Assembly (NCBI GenBank): GCA_024346625.1
Contig: AP024664.1
Coordinates: 620,001-684,000, forward strand
DNA length: 64,000 nt
Direction of reading: 5' to 3'
From: Williopsis jadinii
Taxonomy: Eukaryota
Of this stretch, positions 21,101 to 31,600 are shown in pieces (the stretch's first letter is position 1; each line of letters opens with the position of its first letter). The translations under genes were made by a program, and so were the position numbers. The notes beneath the pieces are model-generated. The model had not been told where the DNA came from. It did not search any database and saw only the letters and a program-made list of their open reading frames with translations.

Positions 21101-21623
21101 GAATTCAAAGATTAAAGTTGAAAATGATTTCCACTACAAGGAGAACCAGCTTGTCATCAACGTTTTGATTCCAGTATCTGAAGTTGTGCACAATGTGGAA
21201 ATAAAACTTCACGATGATACCAACTGCGTTGTCATTGGACAGACTTTATCCGCATCGTTGCGGGTCACGTCTGTTGTCAAGGCCAATGATAAGAAACTTG
21301 AATCTAATGGTAAAAAACGGGTCCAATTCCACGGTGAACAATTTACACTCAACAAGTTCTCTGTTGAATTGGCGAATACCCAAGACAACTGGTTGGTCAA
21401 TGGTAAGACACGGTTTGTGATTGAACTGGACAAATCTTCAAAGGGTGTCTATGAATTCCCAGAGGTGAATATTACATTGATTCCTTTGAAAGTAGGCAGA
21501 CTTCCACTACCTAGGGTTAAGGTTGAAGGTATCAACTCCAGTAACAAGAGCGAAGCCCTGATGGAGGTGGACTACAAGAATGAGAGTGAAACTATCTATG
21601 TTATCTCTGAAAATGATGTATAA
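18162..21623 (+). CDS. TRS130: TRAPP II subunit Trs130 (TRAPPC10)
   Basis: VGFYDPF, NLHW, YRSKVRPLIQEW, LSIGVSVQDIFK, NWLVNGKTRF, LIPLKVGRLPLPRV motifs. Confidence 0.9.
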   Translation: MTGAAVRVGFYDPFTVYTGAFKEQLESTHLTNLHWRAASNDLLKSIAELPVSFVEETPKSFDNSISGPLMLDTDESIELQVLNLTSIPYVRLIFVTAEDTESYRSKVRPLIQEWKKSCVEKAHGPVDWYVVYVGDESKAASKLYDKLKTDFETETDKRCYRLKVNSNELELQTMISHKLKESILAIFTTRLQLLNAALQKIKSSDLKNEFKSFVVVKEAIASQFLAMNLYEEALEQYDLLMSSLDEYQEEVYGPQTWEFKYLNTVENYMKKDVLFEPNGADVSLFELKSFIFTRIFEAFEALADTSPSLSLASIHIAELLRRLQTFLADCAKDFENGKNLFQVQEWEYKIIEEVMSLDMCSKLLLNDDPDTDTSPFTERSGETLLLQRSLLLKLGQAYDYYINGVLTDITLSGPHDSTTLSYLPLKPIFESKKEFQEQFVKFTEAAIKYFNMCDRPRSVDTLSIDIALLDYQNEEYEKAAVVLSTCPEFYGGQGWKLISITLLEAYIGCLEKIDESCELFSVEGQPSREDQLLQSFINVLKLAKENKFAFAKGLISKAVNYIVSSTKHRPLDLNDFFPLEASSYVRPSKSDTYELSVTITNPYPVAIPLTSLQLDVENMEGDFVRFNRDRIVLETGVNNLKLSSSVIQSGTFTLSLFRANMGFCELSHIFQKIEKAEVYIIETTDMFSLAIENSSEVDLGSRPVSVILKTNETIDNIRLRVYRSSEAFEIHENCKIKRSSGSYIDEFEMEENCLVIPRLEGPEEYEIIIPYSTIISPKDTVIELYASASYEAQGEKRGFKTKDFIETALSIGVSVQDIFKINCLYCKFSIGTSIPEHPLRIISANLEPNERYSVSSPLSPGPLVAFGEQPVNYFCQIRENEDNTTESSRYLKLKVHYRELKSEAKQFWKYHLFKELRKCSLDQYLPLLLKCSETLDVDYNEFIYNKVLCTNTPNDYHQRYFKAIPPEDRLKVFEIFSTNLNSKIKVENDFHYKENQLVINVLIPVSEVVHNVEIKLHDDTNCVVIGQTLSASLRVTSVVKANDKKLESNGKKRVQFHGEQFTLNKFSVELANTQDNWLVNGKTRFVIELDKSSKGVYEFPEVNITLIPLKVGRLPLPRVKVEGINSSNKSEALMEVDYKNESETIYVISENDV

Positions 21624-21638
21624 GTTCTGAGAGTTCTT

Positions 21639-22424
21639 CTATTGTATAGACTCTACACTAAATGATTTTATGCCCATTAACAAAGAAGATGCTTCAGGCT
21701 TTTCCGAGACAAGGTTTGGTTTGATTCCATTGTCTAAGAGGTAGGTTTCTGTTGTTGGACCGATAGATGCAATTTTGAAAGCGTCTCGAAGAGGAGACAC
21801 CTTCAGGAACTCAACGATATCCTGGGTACCTTGAGGACTGAAGAAGATTATCCATTCAGGATGGAGCTGGTTGAACGCCTGTGTAAACCTTTCCACGATT
21901 TGTGGTTTTTCAACTGTTCTGTAGATAACAACTTCTTTCAAGTTGTAACCCTTTGAAAGCAATTTACGTGGGATAATGTCACGCCTCGTCTCACCTGTGA
22001 AGAACGTCACCTTTTGATGTGGTTCCAAGTCTTTGAGGATGATCTCTGATAGGATCGCACCGTTACCAGCGTTATCGCCTCCTCCCAGCTTTGTGAAGCC
22101 CAGAGCCTCGAGGACTTTCTGAGTCGCTGGACCAACAGTAAACGCCTTTTTCGAGAGGATTCTGGATCTCTGCTCCTGCGATATCTTCTCCATAGCATCT
22201 GACAATGCCTCGACGGCTCTCTGTGACGTGATGATCAACGCATCTGTCTCCTTTATGAACTCGTCTGACGTGAGATAAGACGTTATGAAAGAACTCTCAG
22301 CGTGAATGTGGTCGAGCAGCGGGATAAACTGTGTCAGGAACCCGTACTCTGTGAAGACCTCTTCGTACAGATCTCTCGGAACTGTTCGATTCTTCAGAAA
22401 CAGTACGCTGCTTTCGTCCACCAT
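21639..22424 (-). CDS. HEM4: Uroporphyrinogen-III synthase
   Basis: ATG at 22424; VLFLKNRTVPRD, IITSQRAVE, FTVGPAT, FTGETRRDIIP, FFSPQG, IASIGPTT. Confidence 0.93.
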   Translation of the reverse strand: MVDESSVLFLKNRTVPRDLYEEVFTEYGFLTQFIPLLDHIHAESSFITSYLTSDEFIKETDALIITSQRAVEALSDAMEKISQEQRSRILSKKAFTVGPATQKVLEALGFTKLGGGDNAGNGAILSEIILKDLEPHQKVTFFTGETRRDIIPRKLLSKGYNLKEVVIYRTVEKPQIVERFTQAFNQLHPEWIIFFSPQGTQDIVEFLKVSPLRDAFKIASIGPTTETYLLDNGIKPNLVSEKPEASSLLMGIKSFSVESIQ

Positions 22425-22618
22425 TACTTCTATGGCCCGCTTCTCAAAAGAGAAGAAAATAGCATCTAAAAGACTCACTGGCGATGACCTTCTCGAAAGA
22501 TTTGATTCGTTACTATTACTGTGTGCGTGTACCGGTCGAATGTGACCTGTACCATTTCTTCCTGAGCATTGCTAGACGCTCGTCCATTAACCTGAATATA
22601 TTTCGATTTCAACAAATT

Positions 22619-22692
22619 GGTTTCGTGGTCTAGTTGGTCATGGCATCTGCTTAACACGCAGAACGTCCCCAGTTCGATCCTGGGCGAAATCA
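22619..22692 (+). tRNA. tRNA-Val(AAC), intronless
   Basis: GGTTTCG/CGAAATC acceptor stem, TCTGC-TTAACAC-GCAGA anticodon arm, GTTCGATCC B box. Confidence 0.98.
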
Positions 22693-22696
22693 TTTG

Positions 22697-22705
22697 TTTT
22701 TTTTT
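22697..22705 (+). terminator. Pol III oligo-T terminator of the tRNA
   Basis: T9 run just downstream of the tRNA. Confidence 0.85.
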
Positions 22706-23092
22706 ATTTGAAAAAACAAGCTATGGCAACTCATCCAATGATTGGAGTATCAATTACCGTGGAAATACACCTACCCACACAGCCATGACCCCCATGGTTC
22801 TACACAGAATGGGAGAGGAAGAACATCAAAGAGAAACACATCTCATTCCACCTTTATTGTTGATAGTTAGCTGTTATCTGATACCTGCTGGGTCACGTGC
22901 CATGGTTGTCATGGAGATTGATCAAGAACGGTTTGTTTACATTTTGCGCGGTTTTCAAATTTTATGTGTTGTGCTTTATTTGTTGTTGCTCTTATTGTTG
23001 TTGTCAACCTGCTACAACATTGAGAGACTGAAAGCCCGTACAGGCTCGTGAGAATTGACCAATCGTCGACGTGCAAATAACACACTCTCGCT

Positions 23093-24286
23093 ATGGACCT
23101 CACCAAGCTGCTGAACAGAGAAGAATCTCAACAGGTGAAGAGACGGCCGCTTGGATCGTTGAGTACCAACGAATCGACAAGCAGAGGGCTCAAGAATGAT
23201 TCACAACCGAGGATGCCCGTCAGATTGGTTAGGCTGGACAAGGAGAATGATGTTCCAGCGTCTCTCAAGAAGGCTATAACGCTCCCTCCAATATCACAGG
23301 TCACAAAGAATATCCGGATGCCGGGGCCTCAGTTCCCTGAGGTGCCGACTGGTCCAAGGCAAAGTTCAAGTGGCGGTCCACTACACTTCAACAAGAGCAG
23401 TTCTGTAACGAATCGTACTACGAGTGGATACCTCTACGGTGTTCAGAATTCCAAGAATAGCTCCGATGCGCAGTTCTTCAAGATCAACTCGTCCGGTGAT
23501 TTCCAGAAGTTCAAGACAAAGCCTAGTGCCTCTACCCCGGTTAAACAGCAGGAGGGCACCGTTGTGCCGTTGTCTTCTTCCAAGAAAGCGCACAAGCTCG
23601 GTTCAAAGACTTCACCGGATAAACCTTCCAAACGTAACATCATTTGGTGCAATGAGGCTAGTCTGATTGCGGCACAAGAATTCAAAAAGATCTACCAGCG
23701 TAAGGGAAGTTCCTCATTTTTGAAAAAAGAGTATCAAATGGTTGCCCAAGTGTTGAATACCAAGCTGTCCACTGATAAGTACACTGAGACTGCAGTGAGG
23801 AATAGGAAAGGGCTGTTTCAATCGCTTTCCTCTATTTACGTCTATCTCAAGGAGACCCCTCAATTGAACAAATTTGACAACAAATACGTTCCACAGTTGA
23901 CCCAGGAACAATGGCGCCACCTTAGTAATGAGTTTGAACCTTCATACGTACGGAAATACCGTGCCAAAAGCGATAATACTGATATCCATATCACGCATGA
24001 CATGTTCAAGAAGAAATCCATAAGGGTGGAGAACATACGGCATTTAAACGTGGAACAATCACTCAAAGGTGTTTGTCAAATACTGCTAATGAACAAGGAG
24101 ATCACTCCTTTAAGGGCAATGGCCCTAGAGCTGTTTGATAGAGACCATCAGGAGTTGAACTTGGGCTCGACTTTACTATCAATGAAGCACGAAGAAGTGG
24201 TCAAGTTTGTTTATACCAAGGTGGATCTTTCTATCTACGAGGAGCATCTAAAAGCTCAACAACTACCGTGCAGTGTAAAGAGATAG
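23093..24286 (+). CDS. Uncharacterised protein with D-box and KEN motifs and a possible Myb/SANT-like domain
   Basis: 397-aa ORF; RRPLGSLSTN, DKEND, LPPIS; IIWCNEA...FLKKEYQMVAQVLNTKL...YTETAVRNR helical pattern. Confidence 0.7.
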   Translation: MDLTKLLNREESQQVKRRPLGSLSTNESTSRGLKNDSQPRMPVRLVRLDKENDVPASLKKAITLPPISQVTKNIRMPGPQFPEVPTGPRQSSSGGPLHFNKSSSVTNRTTSGYLYGVQNSKNSSDAQFFKINSSGDFQKFKTKPSASTPVKQQEGTVVPLSSSKKAHKLGSKTSPDKPSKRNIIWCNEASLIAAQEFKKIYQRKGSSSFLKKEYQMVAQVLNTKLSTDKYTETAVRNRKGLFQSLSSIYVYLKETPQLNKFDNKYVPQLTQEQWRHLSNEFEPSYVRKYRAKSDNTDIHITHDMFKKKSIRVENIRHLNVEQSLKGVCQILLMNKEITPLRAMALELFDRDHQELNLGSTLLSMKHEEVVKFVYTKVDLSIYEEHLKAQQLPCSVKR

Positions 24287-25023
24287 GAGATGGACAAAAG
24301 GAAAGGGCAACCAAGGGGGGAGGGGCATGACAGATACGCTGACTTATCATAATGAATTGAAACGAATACATACTTACATATAAAACAGGCTTTCGTAGTG
24401 GATGCCATGACGTATTCGCAATCGCAAATCCTCAAGAGCGAGATGCCTTCAAGTCATTCACAACGTTGACGATAAGCAACAACACCGTATCTTTCCATCT
24501 TACAGAAGCAGTGAAAGAGTCGAGACTCGCCTTTTCTCTCCTGTAAGATTGTATAGATCTGCGTGCATGACTGCCAATGTCTACTACGCACTGGACAGTG
24601 TACATGGTCTAAGCAGTTCTGCCTAACATGGTGAGTGAAGCCTACTTTCAGCCCTGGGATTATCGTGGTAAGAGGCCAACACGAAGTGCTTTATCAGCAA
24701 ATGTTGTGAGTCCCCCATTTCATCATCAACGAGTATCGAAACTCATTCAGAACTCTGGTCTCCGCTGTTGGTTCTAAATTTGGGTAACGCCGTATAATGA
24801 GCGCATGTTATCTCTAAACTTCCACCAAAACGCAGATCAACACTTCTACATGCGTCAAGGCCTGTGAGTCATATTTATTAACAGCATAGGAGTTGTGATC
24901 TACGGGGAAGTGGGAACAGGGGAGGACTGCCGTATAGGGAGGGTCATGTTGGGTATAAAAGGGGCAAGATATCTATACATTGGTCATATTGGGGTTGTTT
25001 CCTCTCTGTTTCAGTATCAATCA

Positions 25024-25574
25024 ATGTTTAAGTGATTATCGACTGAAATTGGATTTATGATTCGATATCGAAAGACACGTTTACAAACTACTGATCCCCC
25101 AGCCCTAACTCATTCGACGTCCGACATGCCTTGCACCTATTAAGCAAACGAGACGACTCGGACTCTTCTACTACCACTACTACTGCTACTGCTACTGCTA
25201 CTGCTACCCCCTCTTCTACGAAATACTTAGGTATTGGCGTGGCTATTGGTGCACTCTTCCTATGCTTTGCTCTAGGCTTCCTATTCTACAGGTATAGGCG
25301 AAAAAAGGCTGTTGAAGCTAAAGTATACGCCGAGCGTAATCAACAACGTCGAGAACAAGAACGGTATTATCGTACAGTGGATACAGATCTGCCCTTATAC
25401 ACTGAGGAGAACTACGCAGATCCTTGTCTACCAAAGTACGATAATGTCGTTGTCACAGTCAATGGCATTGCCACTCCAACCAGTATCCAACGCCCAGAGG
25501 CAGCTCACATGCATCATGGAAGCGATGGTGACAGTTCTACAATGACACACATTGACCTGAGCAGAATTGTGTGA
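25024..25574 (+). CDS. Single-pass membrane protein with LPxY motifs (Rcr1/2-like Rsp5 adaptor); probable exons 25024-25031 and 25103-25574
   Basis: Ser/Thr-rich N-terminus, TM YLGIGVAIGALFLCFALGFLFY followed by RYRRKK, LPLY and LPKY. Main frame lacks an N-terminal ATG; an intron at 25032-25102 (GTGATT/TACTGAT/CAG) joins ATG 25024 in frame; TATAAAA at 24954. Confidence 0.7.
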
Positions 25575-25909
25575 ATTGTCATTATACCTCCCTGGTGAAT
25601 TTGTCTGTTTTGTCTTGTTTCATCTCACCGCACATGATGGTATCAACTGTAAAGGGTCTCTCCTATAATTGGAGAGGCCATGGTCTAAGACTAAACACTC
25701 GAGGTGTCAATCTGTACATCCTCTTGGTTTACGAGACGATTTATACAATGCCCAGTGTTGCTTTTTAGGATTCATTGAACCTACAACACTGGTGCCAACC
25801 TATACGTTTATACTATATGCAAATGAAATATGACAGACATACATTTTAAGATTGATTATGTAGTAGTTTATATGGAGTGTGATAAACTAGGTTACAAAAA
25901 GGAGTTGTT

Positions 25910-27388
25910 TCAGTCTCTTATTGGGGATCTGGATCTGTCACGGTTGCGGTCATCTTCATGGACATCGCCTGTAGAATTTCTTCTGGAGCCAAGGTCTTGA
26001 TCTTCGGTTCTTTCGTCACCTCTGTCGTCTCTTCTGGTGTATGAATCACCTCTGTTCTCCTTTCTGGACTCGTCCCTTCTGTAATAGTCTCTTCTGTCGC
26101 CTCTTCTGTAGTCATCCCTTCTGTCATCCCTTCTGTAATCATCCCTTCTGTCGTCTCTTCTGTAGTCATCTCTTGATCTGTAGTCATCTCTTGATCTGTA
26201 ATCATCTCTTGATCTGTAGTCATCTCTTGATCTGTAATCATCTCTGTAATCCCTTGAGCTTTCTCTTCTGTCATCAAAGCCTCTGTAATCTCTTGGCTCC
26301 CCTCTTCTATCGTCCCTGAAATCTCCTGGGCCTCCTCTTCTGTCGTCATAACGGTCATAGTCCCTTCTATCGTCATAACGTCCATAATCCCTTCTTGGTG
26401 GATAATCTCTGTAACCACCTCTTCTATAATCGTCATCATAACGACGACGTGGACCTCCATAGCGTCTTGGTGGGTGTGGTTCAGATTTGGCCCATTCAAT
26501 CTTTAAGGTGTCTGCTGCACTATCGGATCCTTGGTCCATTTCATCACCATCGGCATCCGTGGTTTCAGTAACAGCGCTCAAAGGCTTCCCATTCAGCTCT
26601 GCAAGTGCAGCCTCGCCATCTTTGTACTCTTTGTACTCCACAAAGGCATAAGGAGAGAATCTTATGGATTTTGTTGGAGGAAGATCAATTCTTTCCACTG
26701 GTCCAAATCTGAAAAGGTAAAACGGTAGCAGTGTCAATATGTTGTTCTTTTGTTGAATATGTGTGTGATTTTGTCGTAGTCCTTTTTTGATCTATCTTGA
26801 ATCGACTCGGTCATTCAATCATTCTTCTGTCTTGTCTTGTCTTTTATCATCTGTTCATTGCCCTGTGATGTGCTTAGAGAAATGCATGTTGATGTTGAGA
26901 TGCTTGAATGATATATACAATGATGGAATAGGAATTAAGCAAAGAAAAGGGGAAAGAGATAAGTGATAAGAAATAGAAGTGTGCTCCCATTTGCTAAAGT
27001 GCATTGACCTCCTGTGAATCAATTGATTTGTTCTGAAAGTGTGAACTAGTCGTATGTTAATCACAGACAAGGAAGAAAGAAAGAGAGAAAACATCAACAG
27101 TAAAGAGAAAGAGAAAAATCAACAGTAGAGAAAGAAAGAGAATACCATCACAGCAAAGACAAGAGATAAAGCAAAAGTAGACAAGAAGGTGGAATCAACG
27201 TTCATCGTCTTCACAACAAGATCAGTTCTAATTAATACTCACTTTTCAAAGATTGGAGCCAAATCCTTCGCCTTGGTATCTCTGCTGAAGCCTTTTTAAA
27301 GAATCAAACGTGTTAGTAACCATTGACCAAATGCACTGAATCGGAAGCTGAACTCACCAGAGACGTAAAGAGTGTTTTGATAACCCAT
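25910..27388 (-). CDS. SLR1: SR-like single-RRM RNA-binding protein (C. albicans Slr1 / S. pombe Srp1 type), 3 exons: 27388-27358, 27291-27243, 26708-25910 (292 aa)
   Basis: Spliced frame MGYQNTLYVSGFSRDTKAKDLAPIFEKFGPVERIDLP...YAFVEY...LKIEWAK, then an RD/RG/Y-rich tail ending RDRSRSP. Introns: GTGAGT/TACTAAC/AAG (66 nt) and GTGAGT/TATTGAC/CAG (534 nt). Confidence 0.82.
26160..26245. repeat. Coding 18-bp tandem repeat x4 plus partial (RSRDDY)
   Basis: CTGTARTCATCTCTTGAT units. Confidence 0.9.
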
Positions 27389-27493
27389 TTGGATCAGCTT
27401 CGTTAGGAAATTGCTGCTGAAGCCGAAGTTGTTGGAAACAACAACAAAGAAACAAAAAAAAAGTGAAGTTCAACGAAGTGAGAGGACACAGAA

Positions 27494-27565
27494 ATGTCCG
27501 GGTGTGCGATTTTAGTGGTTGAAAAACTCATGTCTGAGTAGGGTAACTGAAGTGTGTTACCCTAC
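27494..27565. promoter_or_regulatory. Rap1-like site plus an inverted pair of Reb1-like sites upstream of SLR1
   Basis: ACACCCGGACAT (minus, 27494-27505); GTAGGGTAAC-N8-GTTACCCTAC perfect 10-bp inverted repeat at 27538-27565. Confidence 0.55.
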
Positions 27566-28629
27566 GTTTAAGCATCTTCCCTCACCCCGCACCACATGAC
27601 GTAATTGATTATGTAATCGTAACATTGCAGCGCTTTTCTATCAAGGGTGAAGTAACAAGCATTCCCCTACGGTGTCTCAAGTTTAGAGCGAAGACCATTC
27701 TCTCTACCAATTGAGGGCCCTAGATCATTTCCGAGTCACGAGCTAGAACCACCACCCCCTAGCCTGGGTGTGTGTGTTATTTTTCGCTCTCGCCAACCCA
27801 TCCGCGTCCCGTAACCGGTTCTTTCCGTTCAGAATTGTCCACCAGGAGGTGGCTTTCTTGTCTAAAGAATACGGATTGTTTACAGTGTTGGTGCCAAACT
27901 TCTACGGCCAATCGGGCTATATACGCTAACAATGTAGAAACAATGTAGAAACAATAGGGATGGCATCTCAAAGTGTTTAGCTGAATACACTGCCCCTCCT
28001 CCTTGTTCGCCTTTGCTTCCATCTCTTTGTTCCTGTGCTTCTGCCTACAACATTTCACACACACTTCCCTTCAGAGTTCCTTGGTGCAGTTCTCCGCGTA
28101 AACTCGAAAGCTAAAAGGAAACCCAAAAGGAAACCCAAAAGGAAAACACACAGCAGGTTTCAGAATAGGCTTCAAGCGCTGGGCGTGCCCAATATTATTT
28201 GGTTGGTGCAGCACATCTTGTCTGCCGTCTCCTCTTTTTTGTGGGTTTTTTGGCCGCTTCGCCACTAAAAAAACTCGTGAGGCCAAGGCGGGCTCGCTAA
28301 TTTTTTCTTCCTTTTGGCTCTGTGTAACAACTCAGCGGTAACACGCAAAAAAATTTTCTCCCTCTTTGTAGTTTTGGCGTGAGTTTCTGGGCCAAAGTTC
28401 TGGAAAAGGGGAAATAAAACAAGGGAACCAATCAACGAGGAAACTTAATAAGGGAAAAGGTCAAAAGAAGCCACAAAAACATCAAAACAAAACAAAACAA
28501 AAAGCGACAAAGTAAACAAAGAACACAGCGGTAGCTTATTAGATTGGAACGTTCGTGAGCGGTGTATATATTCTTCTATTAGTGATTGTTACAACGCAGC
28601 TTGACTACACACACAACAGGTGCTAAGCA

Positions 28630-31600
28630 ATGTCAATTCAATTTGACGAGTTCCCACCGCACTTGGAGCAGAATCAGGAGTCGAGCTCCTCGACAAGTGA
28701 TAACGTTGATGTATTGGATGAGTTCCTCGACAGGCGGTTGTACGATGATGCATATGTGAAGAACCAACAACAGCAACAAGGGCAACAACAGCCTGGGCAG
28801 CAACAAGGACAGCAAGTGCCTGAGGTTTACCAAAGAGAGGCGGCGGATCAGCACATGGTTCACAATGACGATTTGTTTCAGGAGTTCCTGGTGGACGACA
28901 TGGCCAGCAGCGGTGGAGACTTCATCTTCTCAGCGGTGGATGCTCAGGGACACGACATGAACTCGTTTGATCTGGGCGATGCCGCCACGTCCACAACGTT
29001 GTTACCGTTTGTTGAACCGTCATCGGCGGTTAGCAATGGCAATGGCAATGGCAACAAGGAGCAGGCTCATATGTTTTCAAAGGACATTACCGCCGCAAGC
29101 CCTACGAATCTAACAGCCACAACGCCAGTCTCCATCGATATGTCACCACCGGGTTCAACCACTTCGAACAACGAGGTTTTTACAACACCAACGTCACTTC
29201 CAAATGAAACAGGCGGATCTATGGCGGAGCACTCTGTGAGTACACAGAATGAATCACACAGACAACAACAACAACAGACTGTTTCCTCCTCTATATCATC
29301 TCCATATGAAGCTGCGAGAAACATTCTATCTGGCTTGAAATTTGGTAGGGAAGTTCCACCTCAGTTCGACAACGAATTCCCAAAGCACTACCTTGGTGTG
29401 AACGAGGAAACGTTGCCTTACAGATTAACACTGGAGAATCTCCCCTCTTGTTCTAGAGTAGAAACCCAAATCAAGCTGGAGCTGAAAATCTCACCGCCTC
29501 CACAACAATTTTTGGTTCATTTGCCGTCAGATACAATTGCCAAACAGAAACTATGTCTATCTTCGGAGTTGGATCAAGATGCAAAGGATCAGATGTTGTT
29601 CCTCGATACTTATGTGTTGACATCCGATGATAAGCCTTGTAACATTTGCACCAAGTGTATTAGAAGAGAACAGAAAAGAGCATCAAGAAGAAAATCCGGT
29701 GTTAGTGATAACATGAGTTGGATGACCAATACTCATAAGAGGGCGATTATATTCAATTGTAAAGAGGTGATATCATTCCCTGCAACCCCAATAAATGGGT
29801 CAAGTTCGGTGGGGTTGTCGTCAAGAATTGTTTGTTATTGCAGACATCATAACGAGCCGACAGGGTTCAAACTCTTGTTGCTATTGAGGGATTCAAAGGG
29901 GAACTTGGTTGCAAAGCATTTGAGTAGTCCAATAATGATTATGGATAGAAAGAAATCCGGGGACGATGGGTCCTCAAATGCTCAGTTGTCAAATACTGCA
30001 TCAAACTCTGCAAATGAGGGCAGTTCTATCTTGTTACCACGTTCTGGAACTCAACATCCAATCTCACCAACATCAATTGAGGATGATAGCTCCGAAGCAA
30101 TTGCATCGTCGGACTACAACAGGGCGACTAAAAGAAAGAAAACGTGGTCACCAGAGTTATCTGATGGCTTCAGCATTGCCCCTTCAAGAACTCATTCAAC
30201 CGCTATCAAGAGAGAAAGTATTACGCATACGTCACGCTCTTCGTTGGATATGTCTGCACAGCATCAGCCTGTTCAACCGCTTCAACCTGTACTGCCGTAT
30301 ACCCTGTCTACGCAATCTTTGCAACAACAACTACAACAACAACAGCAGCAGCAACAACAACAACAAAACGTACCAATCATCCAAAAGGTTATTCCAGCTC
30401 AAGGGCCATTGCGTGGTGGTATCGAAGTAACTTTGCTAGGTCAGAACTTCAAGGATGGTCTGGTTGTCAAATTTGGTCCAAACAAGGCATTGGCAACACA
30501 GTGGTGGAGCGCAACAACTATGGTTACCTATTTACCACCAGCTCCACAGGCTGGACAAGTCATTGTTACGGTTGAGGATTTACAAACAAACCAAAAGACA
30601 GGCTCTACTGTGTTTACATACGTTGATGATACAGATCGTCAAATGATTGAGTTGGCTCTTCAAATTGTTGGTTTGAAGATGAACGGTAAGCTTGAAGATG
30701 CCCGTAACATTGCACGTAAGATTATTGGTTCTGATGGTTCTGGTAATAACAATGGTGATGAGAGTGGCACGTCTAGTCAACAAGATACCCCAATGACTGG
30801 ATACTCGTTACAATATGATAGTGATGAGGATTTGATTTTGAAAGTTATCAATATGCTTCCAAACAGACCAAATTGGTCCCTGTGTACCGCTGAGGGACAA
30901 ACCTTGTTACACTTGTCCTCTTTGAAGAGTTATAACAGATTAGTTTCTTGTCTTTTACAAAAAGGCGCAAGAGTTGATTCAAAGGACGTTATGGGTTATA
31001 CTCCACTACATTATGCAGCATTGGCTGGTAACCGTGTTTCGATTGAGATGTTGTTGAACTGCAAAGCAAAGATTGATGCTAAGACGGATAACGGTCTTAC
31101 TCCTGAGGACGTTGCCGATGCAAACGTCTTGGATCTGTTCAAATATCATAACTCTTTGATTTCGAGAAAGTTTTCGAGTACTTCAATATCGTCATCAATT
31201 TTCTCCATCGACGACGATCAAATCGATATTCAAGGAGGCTCTCATGTCTCAAGAATGACAACTGATGGGTTGACTGATGATGACTACGAGTCCGACTACG
31301 ACGAGGATTCTGATGAATCCTCTGCTGATGCTTCAAACGAAGAGAGTGAAAACGACTTTGCCGATAATGAAGGTGATTCTGTTGAAAACCTTCCTGCTGG
31401 TTCTTCTAATGAAGTTACAGGAACTGGCTCCAGTCAAAATGGATCCCTGTGGAACAAAGTGCGTAACGTTTTCCAAAATGCTGGTGACGCAGATGATCTT
31501 CCACGCTATGATGATCTTTTCCCAATCGGTGGTCAATTCAGTTTGACAAAACTACGGTTCTCTTCAACAACAACTGCACCTGCAACGATATCCAATGAGG

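Noticed and set aside
22700..23090. tRNA-adjacent solo LTR, or the 144-aa ORF 22617-23051
   Set aside because: No TG...CA termini with a target-site duplication found; the ORF overlaps the tRNA and starts at a non-ATG codon
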